Shown: one piece after another, positions 10,041 to 20,556 of the stretch
Layout of the letters: each line of letters starts with the position of its first letter
Position numbering within the stretch: the first letter of the stretch is position 1
Origin: a virus
Lineage: Duplodnaviria > Caudoviricetes
DNA: 64,000 nucleotides
Virus record (IMG/VR): IMGVR_UViG_3300037067_007008
Location: 1,634 to 65,633 of that record
Reading direction: 5' to 3' (one strand)
Program-made: the position numbers and the translations under genes
Notes under the pieces: model-generated
The model's input: the letters and a program-made list of their open reading frames with translations, nothing else
The model's database searches: none
What the model was told of the DNA's origin: nothing

Positions 10041-10748
10041 ATGGCTAATTGGGGTGGAGCAGCAAGTGGAGCAATGAGTGGGGCTGGGGCAGGTGCTGCA
10101 TTAGGTCCTTGGGGTGCAGCTGGTGGGGCCTTAGTAGGTGGTCTCTCTGGACTCTTCGGAGGTGGCAGATCTGAAGAAGAGAAGCTTGCCCTTGAGCAAC
10201 AGAAGGCTCAGATAGAACGCTCCAACCAGTTCTGGAAACAAGCCCAAGGTCAGATGGGCATGGCTCAGAACTACTTCGCACCTATTGCAGGTGGTTCTCG
10301 GCAGGCTGCCCTTGAAAGTATGGCCCCCCAGATTCAAGGTGCCACCCAGCGCATGGATGCAGGACGCCAATCTCTCTTCAACCTTGCCAGCCGTAGTGGT
10401 GGAGCAGCTCAACAGATTGACCCTTATGCCAAAGCTTCTGTTGCCACAGGTATGCTACAACAGGCTCGCCCTCAGGCTGCCCAGAGCATGATGGACATTG
10501 GTAAGACTACAGGTGGATGGGCAGCACAGAACCAGGCTGGTGTAGCCAACACTCTCTTTGACCAAGGTAGGTTCAGAGATGAGCAGTCTCAGAAACAGGG
10601 TGCAGCCTTCTATGACTCCCTGGAGAAATTTCTGAAGCAGGGTCAGGACGCTGGATGGTTTAAGAATATTCCTGGGATGTCTAAGGGTAAGAGTGGTACT
10701 GGCTTAGCTACACCAGTTGGTGACAAGATGGCTGGTCTATTAGGCTAA
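10041..10748 (+). CDS. Ejection/DNA pilot-like internal virion protein
   Basis: Gly/Ala-rich N-terminus (GAAGGALVGGLSGLFGG) and Gln/Ala-rich helical body, as in podoviral ejection proteins. Confidence 0.55.
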   Translation: MANWGGAASGAMSGAGAGAALGPWGAAGGALVGGLSGLFGGGRSEEEKLALEQQKAQIERSNQFWKQAQGQMGMAQNYFAPIAGGSRQAALESMAPQIQGATQRMDAGRQSLFNLASRSGGAAQQIDPYAKASVATGMLQQARPQAAQSMMDIGKTTGGWAAQNQAGVANTLFDQGRFRDEQSQKQGAAFYDSLEKFLKQGQDAGWFKNIPGMSKGKSGTGLATPVGDKMAGLLG

Positions 10749-10757
10749 GGAGGCATC

Positions 10758-12737
10758 ATGGGCTGGATGGCAGGTTTCAATATCAGAGCAGGTGAACGTG
10801 CTCACGAAGAGAACATGCTGGATATTCAGCAGAAGGTAGAGAAGCATAAGGCCTTCTCTGCACATATGCAGAAGATCAGCGAAGACCCTACTTATCTTCC
10901 TGAAGCACAGGAGGCTGCTAAACGCAGGTGGCTTGAGGCTCAGCAGGCTGGGCCTATGAAGTTCAAGAACTATGACATCAGTGATATCCTCACTGTCAAG
11001 AATCCTGCCACCAGTAGTGTGCCCAAGCCTCCACAGGTTGATGCTGCTGGCTCACTGGCTGGTGCTGCTAGAGGAGATTACTCTCCCCAAGAAATAGGTG
11101 GAGTAGATCCTTCACAGAGAATGTTCATTGGTCCCCAAGGTGAAGATACTTCCCGTTCTGGCAAATGGTCTCCGTTTGAACTCAACGCTATGGAAGCCCA
11201 GGCATATGCAGATAAGATGTCAGCAGCCTATGCCACACAGGAAAAGGTGGCTGCCCTTAGAAATCAGGGTGCTGCCAATAAAGTATCAGGCAGAGCCATT
11301 CCTGCTGATGAAGTAGACCTTGCTCAGATGGACCTCAAGCAACCTGATGGCACTCCTTATCCTGCAGGTGATTACTATATTCAATATATGCAGAGTGGTG
11401 CACCCAGGATCACCCCAGCTTTGGAACATGCCACCCGCTTGATGCCTCCTGTCTACCGCAATGGCAAGCTTGAGTATGATGTCTTTGACCCTAGAGGTGG
11501 AGGAGTCTCACCTGTTGGTGGCACAGAAGGGATCACCCCGGTACCGCCTAAGATTGCTACCACAGACCAGAAGGCATCTAATGGTGTTTACTACCATGTC
11601 AACTATGATGAGATGACAGGACAGGTTATATCCTATGTGCCCTTCACTCCTACTGCTGCCCAGGTTGGCAGCATTACCAGCAGGGAAGCTTACGAGAATA
11701 CTGGTGATGCTCTGATCAGAGTCCAGCTTAATCAACAGGTAATGCCTGGTTACAAAGGTCCAGCCACCTTTGGTATGACTCCTCAGACAGGAGCTAGTGG
11801 TATTCAGGCAGGTGCTCCTACATCTGCAATTCAGTTTCCCACAGCTCCTCCCACAATGGGACAGCCTGCACCAGTAACACCTGCTCAGCCTGCTCAGCCT
11901 GCTGCTGCAGGGGTAACACCTCAGCTACCTCCTGTAGTTGCCCCAAAGAACCGTACTGTTAGCGCCGCCATTACTGCATCCTCTGATACCAAAGCTTTAC
12001 CTGAGGTATCTACAACCACCCCTATCAACTCCAAGAATGTAGGAGCCTCCTTACGTCCTGACTTCGAACTCAACAGAGGCAATCTGGTCAATAACCGCCT
12101 TAGAGACCTTGGCATCAAACTCACCAGCGGTCAGAAGTATGACCCTAGGATGCCTGTCATAGAAAAGGTTGCAGGCCCCTTGACCCGCTATCAGCAAGAT
12201 AGAATAGAGAAGGATGGTAACATCCGTCGGCAGGTTATTGAACGCATTCAAGGTGTCTATGAGCGTGCTGGGATGTTGGACAACATGCTTACAGCAGGTA
12301 AGCTACAAATAGCTGTTGATCCTAAGCTATCCTACAAACTAATCACCAGAGTCCTTGGTAGGCTCAGCCCGGAAGAAGCTCAGCTTGCTGCAGACTTCAC
12401 AGCCCTTAAGGAAGACATTCAGAACATGCGTGGTCCTATGGGTGCTGCAGGATTCAGATCTCTTGAAGCATTCATGGCACTTCAGGATCAACGTGGTAGC
12501 CTACTGGGTGATGTCAATCTGACCAAGAATGTCCTTCGTAACTCCATACGAGTATTCCTGGCACTTCAGGCAGCTGACCGTAGGACCCTGGCACACAACA
12601 ATAGAACCTCCAATCTTGCTGACGATATCATAGAAGGTCAGTACCTTCTGGCTTATCCTCCAACAAGGAAGGCTGATGGCACCATGGATATAAGTAGAGC
12701 CGTAAGAGCTATGAGAATGGATGGCTGGGAAGATTAA
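10758..12737 (+). CDS. Internal virion (ejection) protein
   Basis: 659 aa, helical with Pro/Ala linkers, second gene of the ejection cluster, SD GGAGG. Confidence 0.5.
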   Translation: MGWMAGFNIRAGERAHEENMLDIQQKVEKHKAFSAHMQKISEDPTYLPEAQEAAKRRWLEAQQAGPMKFKNYDISDILTVKNPATSSVPKPPQVDAAGSLAGAARGDYSPQEIGGVDPSQRMFIGPQGEDTSRSGKWSPFELNAMEAQAYADKMSAAYATQEKVAALRNQGAANKVSGRAIPADEVDLAQMDLKQPDGTPYPAGDYYIQYMQSGAPRITPALEHATRLMPPVYRNGKLEYDVFDPRGGGVSPVGGTEGITPVPPKIATTDQKASNGVYYHVNYDEMTGQVISYVPFTPTAAQVGSITSREAYENTGDALIRVQLNQQVMPGYKGPATFGMTPQTGASGIQAGAPTSAIQFPTAPPTMGQPAPVTPAQPAQPAAAGVTPQLPPVVAPKNRTVSAAITASSDTKALPEVSTTTPINSKNVGASLRPDFELNRGNLVNNRLRDLGIKLTSGQKYDPRMPVIEKVAGPLTRYQQDRIEKDGNIRRQVIERIQGVYERAGMLDNMLTAGKLQIAVDPKLSYKLITRVLGRLSPEEAQLAADFTALKEDIQNMRGPMGAAGFRSLEAFMALQDQRGSLLGDVNLTKNVLRNSIRVFLALQAADRRTLAHNNRTSNLADDIIEGQYLLAYPPTRKADGTMDISRAVRAMRMDGWED

Positions 12738-12746
12738 GGAGACTCT

Positions 12747-14804
12747 ATGAGTGCATTAGAAGACAGACTGATGCAGAAGGCAGCTGCACAGCAGGGTGCT
12801 GCAGCAGCACCTACGCCAGCAGGAGTTCCACAGACTATTGAAGAACGGCTCAGAGCCAGAGCTGCAGCTGGTCCTGTCATTGATGAAGCCAAATGGCAGC
12901 CTAAGCCCCAACCTCCTGGAGTTATAGGTACTGCAGCCTCCTCACTAAAGAGTACTGTTCTGCCTCCAACACCTCCTGCATCTATACCACCCCCTACAGC
13001 ACCTCCAGGCAATCATTGGTATTGGTCCCCGGATCAGCCTGGATTCCTCAAGAGCACTTTTGAGGCAGCCAAGGAAGCCCTTAATCCTATACCCTTGCTC
13101 AGGGGTGCAGCCTCTTACTTCACCAATCCTCCTGACATTGTAGGTACTGATCCTGAAGCTAGAAATAGAGAAGACTGGGAAAAGATTCAAGCTGCAGGTA
13201 TGGGTGTCGCAGATGTAGCTAAAGACATCTATTGGGATCTTAAGCATGGAAGGGTCAGGACTGCAGGTGGTAAGGCATTTGGTGCAGTAGGTGTGCCTAT
13301 TCTTGCTGGAAAGGTTGTAAGTAGAGTTAAGGGCACACCTAAGCCTACGCTTAAGCCCGGTGCCCCAGTGTCTCCTGAAGAGGCAGCAGCTGGTTACCAA
13401 AGGCTCCGTGCTCGTGTCCCAACCAGACCTCCTACTGAAGTACAAACTGAAGGAGCAACTGCAGCTGAGAAGCGCCTTGCTGAGATGTATAAGCAGCAGA
13501 AAGCCTTGGAACTTAGTGGTCAGGAAATGGCTAGAGCTGAGGGTGCTGACTACTTCAAGGCTATTGAGCATCCTAAGAACATCGTAAAGCCTGGCCTTCT
13601 TTTGCAGGATGCCAAGCTGGATAAAAAAGGTAATCCGATTCAGGGTACTGAAATAAGAACAGTCTCACCCTATGCCTCTCCTGTCAGTACAAAGCGTATA
13701 CTTGGAGACTTAGCTAAACTCTTTGAAGTAGACAAACGCAACCCCTTCGCTCCTGGAACACCTATCAGGAGAGCCTTGGATACTCTTGGTGGTATGAAAG
13801 GAGACAAGTGGGTTGAGTTTGATACAGCCAAGAAGGTAGCTGGGGAGCTGTCTCAGTATGCTGACTCTGGCATACGTCCTAGGGATAGGTGGGAAGCACT
13901 GGCAGGTAGGGTAGCCAAGCAGATCAGACAGGAACTTGAAATTGATCTTCAATATCGTGCCAAGCGTGCTGGTATGACACCAGCACAGGTTGAGGCATCC
14001 CTTAAGAGGTTCAACCAGTCATGGCAGCGACAGGCAGAGCTGTGGCGGCAGACTCCTTCTGAGATGAAAGCTACGGAGAGGGCGTATAGTCTGCAAGACA
14101 TTGAGCGTGGTGCAGAGCCTGCTCCTGCCATCAAACCTGCCCCTGGTATCAGTACCCTACAGCAACTTAAGCAAAGAGCTACTGAACTATGGCGTGGTGC
14201 TGAGCAGACAGGAGCTACCACTGCAGCCCTTAAGAAACATACAGCTGACTGGGTGGAGCACTCCATTGCTAATGCCACTAATCTCCGTGACATGCTTACC
14301 ATAGTTCCAGGTCAGGAACTGCTTGGAAATGTCCTCGATCACCTATATGCTGGCAGAGACTTCGGAAGGTGGAAGACTCTTATGCGTAATGGTCAGGCAC
14401 AGTTACTTACAGGGCACTCTCCAGACCTGCTACACTCTATTGACTATGCCTTCGATGTGCTTGCTGACACTGAGGCACGTTATGGTAAGCCTGTAGTGGA
14501 TAATATGATTAGAAAGATAGGCATTAAGCTGATCACTGGAGGCAGAAAGGTTACAGCTCCTGCCCAGATCCTCAGTGCAGCCTTCCAGAATACTGAGACA
14601 GGAAGAAGGTTTGTGCAGGGAGTTCGTGAGCAAGCTAGTAAGTTGCCTAAGAAGGCACAGGTTAGGCAGGCTGCTGGAACAGCTATACGTAGAGGTGTAA
14701 TAGGTGGTCCTGCTGGTGCAGGGATGTCTGGTGTACAGTATCCTAGAGCAGCGGCAGTACAACAAAAGTCTGAAGAAAAATCCAGAATGGCAGGAGCAGA
14801 CTAA
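12747..14804 (+). CDS. Internal virion (ejection) protein
   Basis: 685 aa, helical and Ala/Lys/Arg-rich, in the ejection cluster. Confidence 0.5.
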   Translation: MSALEDRLMQKAAAQQGAAAAPTPAGVPQTIEERLRARAAAGPVIDEAKWQPKPQPPGVIGTAASSLKSTVLPPTPPASIPPPTAPPGNHWYWSPDQPGFLKSTFEAAKEALNPIPLLRGAASYFTNPPDIVGTDPEARNREDWEKIQAAGMGVADVAKDIYWDLKHGRVRTAGGKAFGAVGVPILAGKVVSRVKGTPKPTLKPGAPVSPEEAAAGYQRLRARVPTRPPTEVQTEGATAAEKRLAEMYKQQKALELSGQEMARAEGADYFKAIEHPKNIVKPGLLLQDAKLDKKGNPIQGTEIRTVSPYASPVSTKRILGDLAKLFEVDKRNPFAPGTPIRRALDTLGGMKGDKWVEFDTAKKVAGELSQYADSGIRPRDRWEALAGRVAKQIRQELEIDLQYRAKRAGMTPAQVEASLKRFNQSWQRQAELWRQTPSEMKATERAYSLQDIERGAEPAPAIKPAPGISTLQQLKQRATELWRGAEQTGATTAALKKHTADWVEHSIANATNLRDMLTIVPGQELLGNVLDHLYAGRDFGRWKTLMRNGQAQLLTGHSPDLLHSIDYAFDVLADTEARYGKPVVDNMIRKIGIKLITGGRKVTAPAQILSAAFQNTETGRRFVQGVREQASKLPKKAQVRQAAGTAIRRGVIGGPAGAGMSGVQYPRAAAVQQKSEEKSRMAGAD

Positions 14805-17800
14805 TGGCAACTAATCCAATCACAGGTATCCCAGCGTATGCTCCTCCACTGATGGAGAAGTTAGAGAAGGAGCAGAGAGCTAGACTGATGCAGCAGCACG
14901 CCCCTATACCTATGGGAGGTGCTCTGCCTTCCATGCCTCCTATGCCTATGACTCCTCCTCCTGGGTATCAACCTTCTGCTGTCCCCACTCCGGCCAAGGG
15001 TGGATGGGATAAGCAGCTACTGGGTGGATCATTTGCTGAGGCTGCAGGACAACAGCTTAATAAGTACATGCCTACCACTACCCTACCAGGTACCACAGGC
15101 TATGGTCCAGCTACTGTAGCTAAGCAAGCCATCAGAGGCACAGTCAAGGGTACTACAGAGATGGCTGATGCTGCACAGACTCCTAAAGGTCTGGCTATGT
15201 TGGCTGGTATCACTGCTGCTACTGCCTTCCCTGTGCCTTTAGTAATGGCATTGGTAAAGGGAGGTCTTGGAGCTGCAGGTATCATGGGTCTCGCAGAAAC
15301 TGCTCCTGAAGCTGTCAGTGCCTTCAGCCATGGGGATGTTGAAGGTGGGTCTGCTCTGCTTACTCAAGGAGCTGCCTCTATAGGTATGACTTTACCTGCT
15401 CTCCAGAGTCTAGGAGTAAAGGCCCCTAACATAGCAGGTGGAATTCAGAAGTTGATGGCTACTCCAGAAGAAGGTTTCACCACAGTAGACTTCCTTACTG
15501 GTGGTGGGAAGCTGCTTAACACTGAACGATATCTAGGTACAGGTAAGACTTCAACAGGTAGTCTGGCCGAAGCTCCTGGCAAAGCTGTGGTCAGTGCACG
15601 GTTCAAGCCTGATGCTCCTGAAGAGATAGTTAGTGCCTTGAACTCTGTCAGGGAGAAAGGTATTGATCCTCTCCAGGCAGAGTACCGCATTACTGATCCA
15701 CAGTCTGGTAAGGAAATGGTTGTGGACTTCAACAAGTTTGCTGAAACCTATCCTGATGAGGTTAATGCCTGGGCGGGGAGTCAGAGAGGAGCTGGAGCAG
15801 AACCTGCCATACCACCTCCTGCACCTATGTTAAGTCCTGAAGAACTGGCTGCCAGAACTTCTGCGCCTGAATACTATAACTATGGTGCTGGCCAACCACG
15901 TAGGGGGTTGATTACCAATAAGATGAAGCTGGAGAGGAGACAGGAAGTTGCTGCACGGAGGGCACAGGAGGAGGCAGCTGCTAAGACCGTTGAAGAGAAG
16001 GAGAGACTGAAGCAGCAGAATGCAGCTGTGAAGGCTAATGAACTTGCTGGGAAGGAACAGATTGAGGCTGAAGGCTTAGCTCCTGCTGCACCTACAGCTC
16101 CTGCCACGCCAGCGGCTGCTGGTCCTGAACCCAGCATGAACCACATCAATCAGCTGCTGGACATTTATGAGCAGACTAAGAATCCTGAGATCCTGAGAGC
16201 TATTAGGTCCTTAGTACAGGGAGGTCTTAAGGCTGAACCTGCTGCCCCAATCAAGCCTATAGCACCCACTCCTGCTAAAGCTCCTGTCAAGGCCCCAACA
16301 CCTACTCAGCCTGAAGGTGAAGTAGATGTTGATGCTCTTATCAAAGAGGTAGATGCTCAGCTGGCTAGTGGTGAGCTGGAACCTATTAAGGGTGAAGGTG
16401 AAGCGCTGCCATCCAAGGGTGCAGGGACGCAGCTGAGCAGAGTAGGTAAGACACCAGCTCAGGCTGATGCTGAAGCTCATCAACTATTCCTGGAGAAGAG
16501 TGGCAGGACCATCACCCAGGGTGGGAAGAAGATCAGACAGCCAATGGCTGAGGTAGGGCACCTTGAGGATTATAAGACTCCTCAGGAGATGTTTGATGCT
16601 ATGCAGCAGGGCATAGAGTTTGAGGTTAATAGGCAAGGCTTAGGCAAGGCTCCTTCTACCAGAGGGAAGCTTATACCTTATATGGAAGGTGATAAGTTCA
16701 GTGGTGTGTTCCATTTCCTGCCTGAGAAGAGTGGTGGAAAGACCTTCAATGTGGCACTGCAGGATATGAAACTGGATGTCAATAGGTCCACAGCAAACAA
16801 GAGAGTCTACACTGTGAAGCGTGGGGCACAGTACCTGGATGAAGTGGAGATGCCTAGCGGGAGGAAGGGTTATATCAAGGAGCCACTGGAGTTCACCAAG
16901 GAACAGGTGGATGCTGAGGTGGCTGACCTTACTGCCAAGGCCAAGGCTGGTGATCAGGATGCTGCAGAAGAGTTAGAGCTCATCAAGCAGAACCGCAATG
17001 AGGATGGCAGCCTTACTAAGTATGACGTTGTTAAGATGAAGGGAGGTCAGGTAGGTGGGTTTGGTGCACAGGGGAAGATGACTCATCCTGGCAGCAGGAA
17101 GGTAGATAGTGGTGAGTTGGGAAGGAAGATTATAGAAGGTCAGGCTGGAGAGGTCCAGGGTGGCACGGCATTCAAGCGTCCTGTGAAGACCTTTGAGGAG
17201 AGACAGGCTGAACTTGAGGAGGCTATTACTACTATAGAGACTGGCCTTAGCAGGAAGCTTCCTCCAGAGGCTGAGGCTAAGTTGCAGCAGGCTCTTAAGA
17301 AGAAGCAGGAAGAGCTACGTAATGTAGAGTCTGGCATCAGTGCTGAGCGTCAGGCTTCTGCTGAACGTGGGGAGCTTATGTATGCATCCCAGCTAAAGGA
17401 GATCGCTAGAGAACTTGAGCCTAGTGTCAGGGAGCCTGTGAGCAGAACGATCAGTCCTCAAAGACAAGCTGCTGAAGCGTCGGCAGCGGCTGGAATCTCT
17501 AAAACCTTAAAGGTTACTAAGGCTAGGAAGAATGCAGCAGGTGAATGGGAAGAGTATGAAGACGTAGTAACACCTGCTGCTCCTGGTAGAGAGATATCCC
17601 AGGAAGGTATCAGTGCTGAGGCTATAGCTAAGGCACAAGGGTTTAAACCTCCTGATCCCAAGACTCAGGCTGAGGCTGATGCCAAGATGCTGCAGCTCAA
17701 GCAGGAGCATGAAGGAGCTGTTAAGACTGTATCTATTCTAAAGAAGCAGGGTAGGGATACTGCTGATGCTGTGCAGAGAGTTAAGGAAATCACTGCTGAT

Positions 17801-18685
17801 ATGCAGCACCTTAAGGATATTAGGAGTGGCTTGGAGCCTGAGGCAGTGGAGAAGCCTGTTGGTGGGCAGGAACAGAAGGATATTAGTAAGATGCCTGAAC
17901 GTCAGGCTGCACCTCCTACCAAGACTCCAACCTCTATGACTGCTCAGTATACCAGAGATACCCAGAGGCTTGCTGCTATCAAGGCTAAGCTTAAAGGGAT
18001 TAACCCTGGCACGCCTATAGGTAAGAAGTTGACTGCTGAGGCTAAGGAGTTGGAAGCTAGGCTGGCCCCTAAGTCCAGTGCCAAGCTGACTGAGCCTCCT
18101 CCAACCAAGGGCTACACAGCACCCAAAGCCATCCCTCCTGGCATTAGTAAATCTCCTCGTGGGATACAAGTCTGGAGCGAACGGCAGGCTTCACTTGCCA
18201 AACGTGCTGGCAGGAAGCCTCCTATGCCTCTTACACCAGAAGACCTGAAGGCTCAGACTCCTGAAGGGTTCAGCTACATTGAGTGGGCCAAGGAGAATGC
18301 TCCTGATATGCTGAAGGCTGCGGCTGCCAAGACCTCTGCACCAAGCATCCCCCCCATCCCCAAGCAGGTAACAGCCTCTCCTGAAGGTAGTAGCCTGGAT
18401 ACCTGGACCTTGAAGCATCCTGATGGTGGCAGCATGGAAGTCCGCTTTACTGATGATGGAGTCTACATTGAACAGGTAAGAGTCCCCAAGGAGTCCCAGC
18501 GTAAGGGTATAGCATCCCAGATGTATGAGAAGCTTGGCAGGATGATGAAGGACCGTGGTATAGCTGGCAGCAAGATAGAAGGTAATGTTCAGGGTGATCC
18601 TGGGATCATCAAGAAGCTCAGGTCCAAGGCTGCCAAGGTAGCAGGAGAAGGAAGCACAGTATCAGATAGGTATGATATTGATTAA
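14804..18685 (+). CDS. Large internal virion (ejection/polyvalent-like) protein with C-terminal GNAT-like domain
   Basis: 1293 aa. Hydrophobic segment near the N-terminus, long charged and Pro-rich regions, C-terminal VYIEQVRVPKESQRKGIASQM (acetyl-CoA-binding Q/RxxGxA motif). Confidence 0.55.
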   Translation: MATNPITGIPAYAPPLMEKLEKEQRARLMQQHAPIPMGGALPSMPPMPMTPPPGYQPSAVPTPAKGGWDKQLLGGSFAEAAGQQLNKYMPTTTLPGTTGYGPATVAKQAIRGTVKGTTEMADAAQTPKGLAMLAGITAATAFPVPLVMALVKGGLGAAGIMGLAETAPEAVSAFSHGDVEGGSALLTQGAASIGMTLPALQSLGVKAPNIAGGIQKLMATPEEGFTTVDFLTGGGKLLNTERYLGTGKTSTGSLAEAPGKAVVSARFKPDAPEEIVSALNSVREKGIDPLQAEYRITDPQSGKEMVVDFNKFAETYPDEVNAWAGSQRGAGAEPAIPPPAPMLSPEELAARTSAPEYYNYGAGQPRRGLITNKMKLERRQEVAARRAQEEAAAKTVEEKERLKQQNAAVKANELAGKEQIEAEGLAPAAPTAPATPAAAGPEPSMNHINQLLDIYEQTKNPEILRAIRSLVQGGLKAEPAAPIKPIAPTPAKAPVKAPTPTQPEGEVDVDALIKEVDAQLASGELEPIKGEGEALPSKGAGTQLSRVGKTPAQADAEAHQLFLEKSGRTITQGGKKIRQPMAEVGHLEDYKTPQEMFDAMQQGIEFEVNRQGLGKAPSTRGKLIPYMEGDKFSGVFHFLPEKSGGKTFNVALQDMKLDVNRSTANKRVYTVKRGAQYLDEVEMPSGRKGYIKEPLEFTKEQVDAEVADLTAKAKAGDQDAAEELELIKQNRNEDGSLTKYDVVKMKGGQVGGFGAQGKMTHPGSRKVDSGELGRKIIEGQAGEVQGGTAFKRPVKTFEERQAELEEAITTIETGLSRKLPPEAEAKLQQALKKKQEELRNVESGISAERQASAERGELMYASQLKEIARELEPSVREPVSRTISPQRQAAEASAAAGISKTLKVTKARKNAAGEWEEYEDVVTPAAPGREISQEGISAEAIAKAQGFKPPDPKTQAEADAKMLQLKQEHEGAVKTVSILKKQGRDTADAVQRVKEITADMQHLKDIRSGLEPEAVEKPVGGQEQKDISKMPERQAAPPTKTPTSMTAQYTRDTQRLAAIKAKLKGINPGTPIGKKLTAEAKELEARLAPKSSAKLTEPPPTKGYTAPKAIPPGISKSPRGIQVWSERQASLAKRAGRKPPMPLTPEDLKAQTPEGFSYIEWAKENAPDMLKAAAAKTSAPSIPPIPKQVTASPEGSSLDTWTLKHPDGGSMEVRFTDDGVYIEQVRVPKESQRKGIASQMYEKLGRMMKDRGIAGSKIEGNVQGDPGIIKKLRSKAAKVAGEGSTVSDRYDID

Positions 18686-18711
18686 CCAAGCACCAGAGCA
18701 AGGATGTTCCC

Positions 18712-19068
18712 ATGCCCAATGAGTTGATCTCCAGTGTAGCTGATATTGTGCGAGTAGTGATTGGTGCGGTAATCGGAGGGGTTGTGACTGCCGCCTCTGC
18801 ATTGCCATATTTTAATAACAAGATAACTAAACTCAATGAAAAGGTAGAAAATATGAAGTCACACTGTGCTTCTTGTCAGGCCAGCACAGGAGAAGCTATC
18901 AAAGAGCTTGTTACTACTGTTCAAGATCACCACCAGGATGATGGGAAGCACAACAATAGTGCTTCCCATACTCTCCTACTGGATATTCTCAACCGCGTAA
19001 CACGGATTGAGTCCAACCTCATCAACAACAGGATAGCCGCTGAGTTGGCTGATCATTCGAAAAGATGA
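18712..19068 (+). CDS. Single-TM plus coiled-coil small protein (holin/antiholin-like?)
   Basis: One hydrophobic helix (IVRVVIGAVIGGVVTAASAL) followed by a coiled coil. Last gene of the + operon. Confidence 0.4.
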   Translation: MPNELISSVADIVRVVIGAVIGGVVTAASALPYFNNKITKLNEKVENMKSHCASCQASTGEAIKELVTTVQDHHQDDGKHNNSASHTLLLDILNRVTRIESNLINNRIAAELADHSKR

Positions 19069-19769
19069 TAGTACTCAGGTGATCCCACCTCTACCCCCCA
19101 CTTCTCCCTGAAGTATAGACGGTTGAGGTCTGCCTGTTTGCAGATTCGCTCCCGTTCCTCTGGTGTACAGGCGTTAAGTGTACCACTACCAACATGATAG
19201 AATGGGATGTTGAGGGAGCAGGCCTTGATACCCTTCTGGTGCATACGGAGATGGTAGTCAGCATCTTCACAGTAGGCACCCATAAATTGCTCATCAAACT
19301 TCCCCACTGTTTCCCATACATACCTACTGATAAGGTAGCAGGAGAAGTGTGGATGGGGAGTACGGGTTAGGTCTACTGCCTTAGTGCTTAAGGCATCCAC
19401 TTCCAGCTTACCCTTGTCATCCACTCCCACGCCTGTAACAAAGTCCCCACCATCAGCAAGGAGTCTGCTGTAGGTGTCTGAAGAGAGTTCTATGTCATTG
19501 TTACAAACCAGGATGTGAGTGTTGGGGGTGCCATCGAATAGCAAGCTAAGGCCTTTGTTCCAGCTGGCTGAGACACTGAGGGGTGGGTCCCTGTGGGTGG
19601 TGACTACTCTAGGGTACTGAGTACGTAGGTACTCAGCTGTGCCATCAGTAGAGGAGTTGTTGATGACTAGGATGCGGACCTCTCCTATGTCTTGAGCAAG
19701 CATAGACTTGATGGCTTTACGGGTCAAGGAGAGGCCATTATGGACTGGGACTAAGATCCAAGCTGTCAT
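19053..19769 (-). CDS. Glycosyltransferase, GT-A fold (GT2-like)
   Basis: ILVPVHN, LVINNSSTDGT, VCNNDI, FDEQF...YCEDADY motifs. Confidence 0.85.
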   Translation of the reverse strand: MTAWILVPVHNGLSLTRKAIKSMLAQDIGEVRILVINNSSTDGTAEYLRTQYPRVVTTHRDPPLSVSASWNKGLSLLFDGTPNTHILVCNNDIELSSDTYSRLLADGGDFVTGVGVDDKGKLEVDALSTKAVDLTRTPHPHFSCYLISRYVWETVGKFDEQFMGAYCEDADYHLRMHQKGIKACSLNIPFYHVGSGTLNACTPEERERICKQADLNRLYFREKWGVEVGSPEYYHLFE

Positions 19770-20323
19770 TCAGCCCTCCCCATCCAGCCCAGGCCATGGC
19801 TATAGGTAGCTAGATCCTTATAGACTAGGTTATGTGCTGCTGCATACTCCTTGATGGCATCTGTCATGTGGTTGTAGGGTCCCATCATCCAGGTGTCATG
19901 GAAGAGCCAGATAGTACTAGAGTGTGCAAGCCGTCCCCATAACTCAAGCTCAGCCTTCATCTGTTCATAATTGTGATCAGTGTCGATGAAAATGATGTCA
20001 GGAACTCCATCACCTAGTTGTTTTACAATTACATCCAATACTTCATCATATACTTCCTTCGTCCTGCTATCTCCACTTACCTTAAACCAATAATCCTCAG
20101 TCGGTCTATCATAGGCAGGATGAGCTTCATTGATGTCGATACTGATATGCAATTTCAATTCGGGAGATATTGGTGACCTCGCCAGCCCCCTTCTGAACGC
20201 TCTGCAGCTACCATTCCCAGCACCACAGCCTATCTCCAATATGAAGCAAGCCTTGGATGCAAACTCCTCCAGCATTGGCATATGTGGAGCAATATCTACA
20301 TTATCCTCTCCGTTGTAGCTCAT
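19766..20323 (-). CDS. Class I SAM-dependent methyltransferase (Methyltransf_24-like)
   Basis: ILEIGCGAG motif I. IFIDTDHNYEQ...LFHDT pattern. Confidence 0.8.
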   Translation of the reverse strand: MSYNGEDNVDIAPHMPMLEEFASKACFILEIGCGAGNGSCRAFRRGLARSPISPELKLHISIDINEAHPAYDRPTEDYWFKVSGDSRTKEVYDEVLDVIVKQLGDGVPDIIFIDTDHNYEQMKAELELWGRLAHSSTIWLFHDTWMMGPYNHMTDAIKEYAAAHNLVYKDLATYSHGLGWMGRAE

Positions 20324-20556
20324 ACAGTCACCTCATAGTATTTAACCCCTGTGTATACAGCAACATTATCCTTTGTCTCTGAATTACAGATGTACAGTAT
20401 GATGGAGTCACCCATCACGACGAAGTTCATCAGGCAGCCTGCCGCAACCTCTACCACCTTTATAGATGCATCTGTGAATTTGACCTTGATGGTCCTGCTT
20501 GGTGGCACTGCCTTCTCTGGTGTCACTACCTTCTCTTCTTTCTTAAACCAGCTCAT
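20320..20556 (-). CDS. Hypothetical protein
   Basis: 78 aa, coupled to neighbours, SD GAGG. Confidence 0.5.
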   Translation of the reverse strand: MSWFKKEEKVVTPEKAVPPSRTIKVKFTDASIKVVEVAAGCLMNFVVMGDSIILYICNSETKDNVAVYTGVKYYEVTV

